Translations under genes and position numbers: made by a program
IMG/VR virus record: IMGVR_UViG_3300032257_000028
Coordinates: 1-44,483 of that record
DNA from: a virus
Lineage: Duplodnaviria; Caudoviricetes
Strand: one strand, 5' to 3'
DNA: 44,483 nt
Notes under the pieces: model-generated
Seen by the model: the letters and a program-made list of their open reading frames with translations, nothing else
Databases searched by the model: none
Told to the model about the DNA's origin: nothing
Shown: piece by piece, positions 43,916 to 44,483 of the stretch
How the letters are laid out: each line of letters opens with the position of its first letter
Numbering within the stretch: the stretch's first letter is position 1

Positions 43916-44483
43916 GTGAGCGCCTCTCCCACCATCACCGTGCTCAACGCTGCCTGTGCGTCGTCTCTGACGGCCACGGAGCGGCATGTGCTCATCGTGT
44001 GGGGTGGGTACCTCGGGAATCGTAGCGGCTGGGTCGCCTGGCCCTCCGTGGCGGCCCTGGTCGAGGCTTCCGGACTCGGGAGGCGGACGGTGCTTCGTGT
44101 GCTGTCCTCCCTCCGGAGCCAGGGGATCCTCGAAGTGGTGGGCTCGACCCCATCCGGAGTGCGCAAGATGCGACTGCATCTGGAGCACATCCCCGGGGGT
44201 GCCACAACGGCACCCCAAACCGACCCCCAAGAGACTCCGGAGGGGTGCCACAACGGCACCCCTAGAGACGACCTTAGGGGTGCCACAGTGGCACGGGGGG
44301 GGTGCCACAGTGGCACGGGGGGGGTGCCACAGTGGCACACGGAAGGGCCCAGTGAAGGGCCCAGTGAAGTGGTAGCTCCCCCCAACCCCCTCACCTGCGG
44401 TGAGGGGGAGCTGAACGACATCGTGCTCACTCGGGTTGCCCGAGAGAGCCTCCGGGCTGCCGGCATCACTTCGCTCGGCGATC
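43916..44483 (+). CDS. Replication initiator (HTH_36-like N-terminus); continues across the junction to 349
   Basis: LTATERHVL...AWPSVAALVEASGLGRRTVLRVLSSLRSQGIL; contains internal iterons. Confidence 0.8.
   Translation, partial: MSASPTITVLNAACASSLTATERHVLIVWGGYLGNRSGWVAWPSVAALVEASGLGRRTVLRVLSSLRSQGILEVVGSTPSGVRKMRLHLEHIPGGATTAPQTDPQETPEGCHNGTPRDDLRGATVARGGCHSGTGGVPQWHTEGPSEGPSEVVAPPNPLTCGEGELNDIVLTRVARESLRAAGITSLGD
44196..44367. repeat. Putative replication origin iterons inside the rep gene
   Basis: GGGGTGCCACA(AC/GT)GGCAC at 44196, 44242, 44277, 44299 and 44321, then two copies of GGGCCCAGTGA. Confidence 0.75.

Overview
The window looks like a complete, circularly permuted, GC-rich tailed phage genome of about 44.26 kb; bases 1-221 recur at 44263-44483. 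The + strand carries the replication/early-right genes, a lower-GC cassette (PLD-like, ParB-N, SAM-methyltransferase-like, plus a convergent DUF5131 radical SAM gene) and the terminase. It then carries a DUF1073 portal / DUF2213 protease / major capsid head module, a contractile tail and baseplate, fibre and beta-helix genes, and a lysis cassette. The - strand (29.7-40.5 kb) carries a cI-like repressor and a leftward early operon: YqaJ exonuclease, RecT, a Rad50/SMC-like ATPase, a ParB-HTH protein and many small ORFs. I see no integrase, tRNA, CRISPR array or reverse transcriptase. The strongest unexplained signal is a 14-bp palindrome, YGGMAA-NN-TTKCCR, present in 11 exact copies (plus one near-match). 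These are spread around the whole circle every ~1.6-7.4 kb, all inside coding sequence, and one sits on the first codons of the ParB-HTH gene. This suggests a genome-wide parS-like loading array for a ParB (possibly with the SMC-like ATPase). All family assignments come from motif recognition and gene order by eye; no database searches were run.
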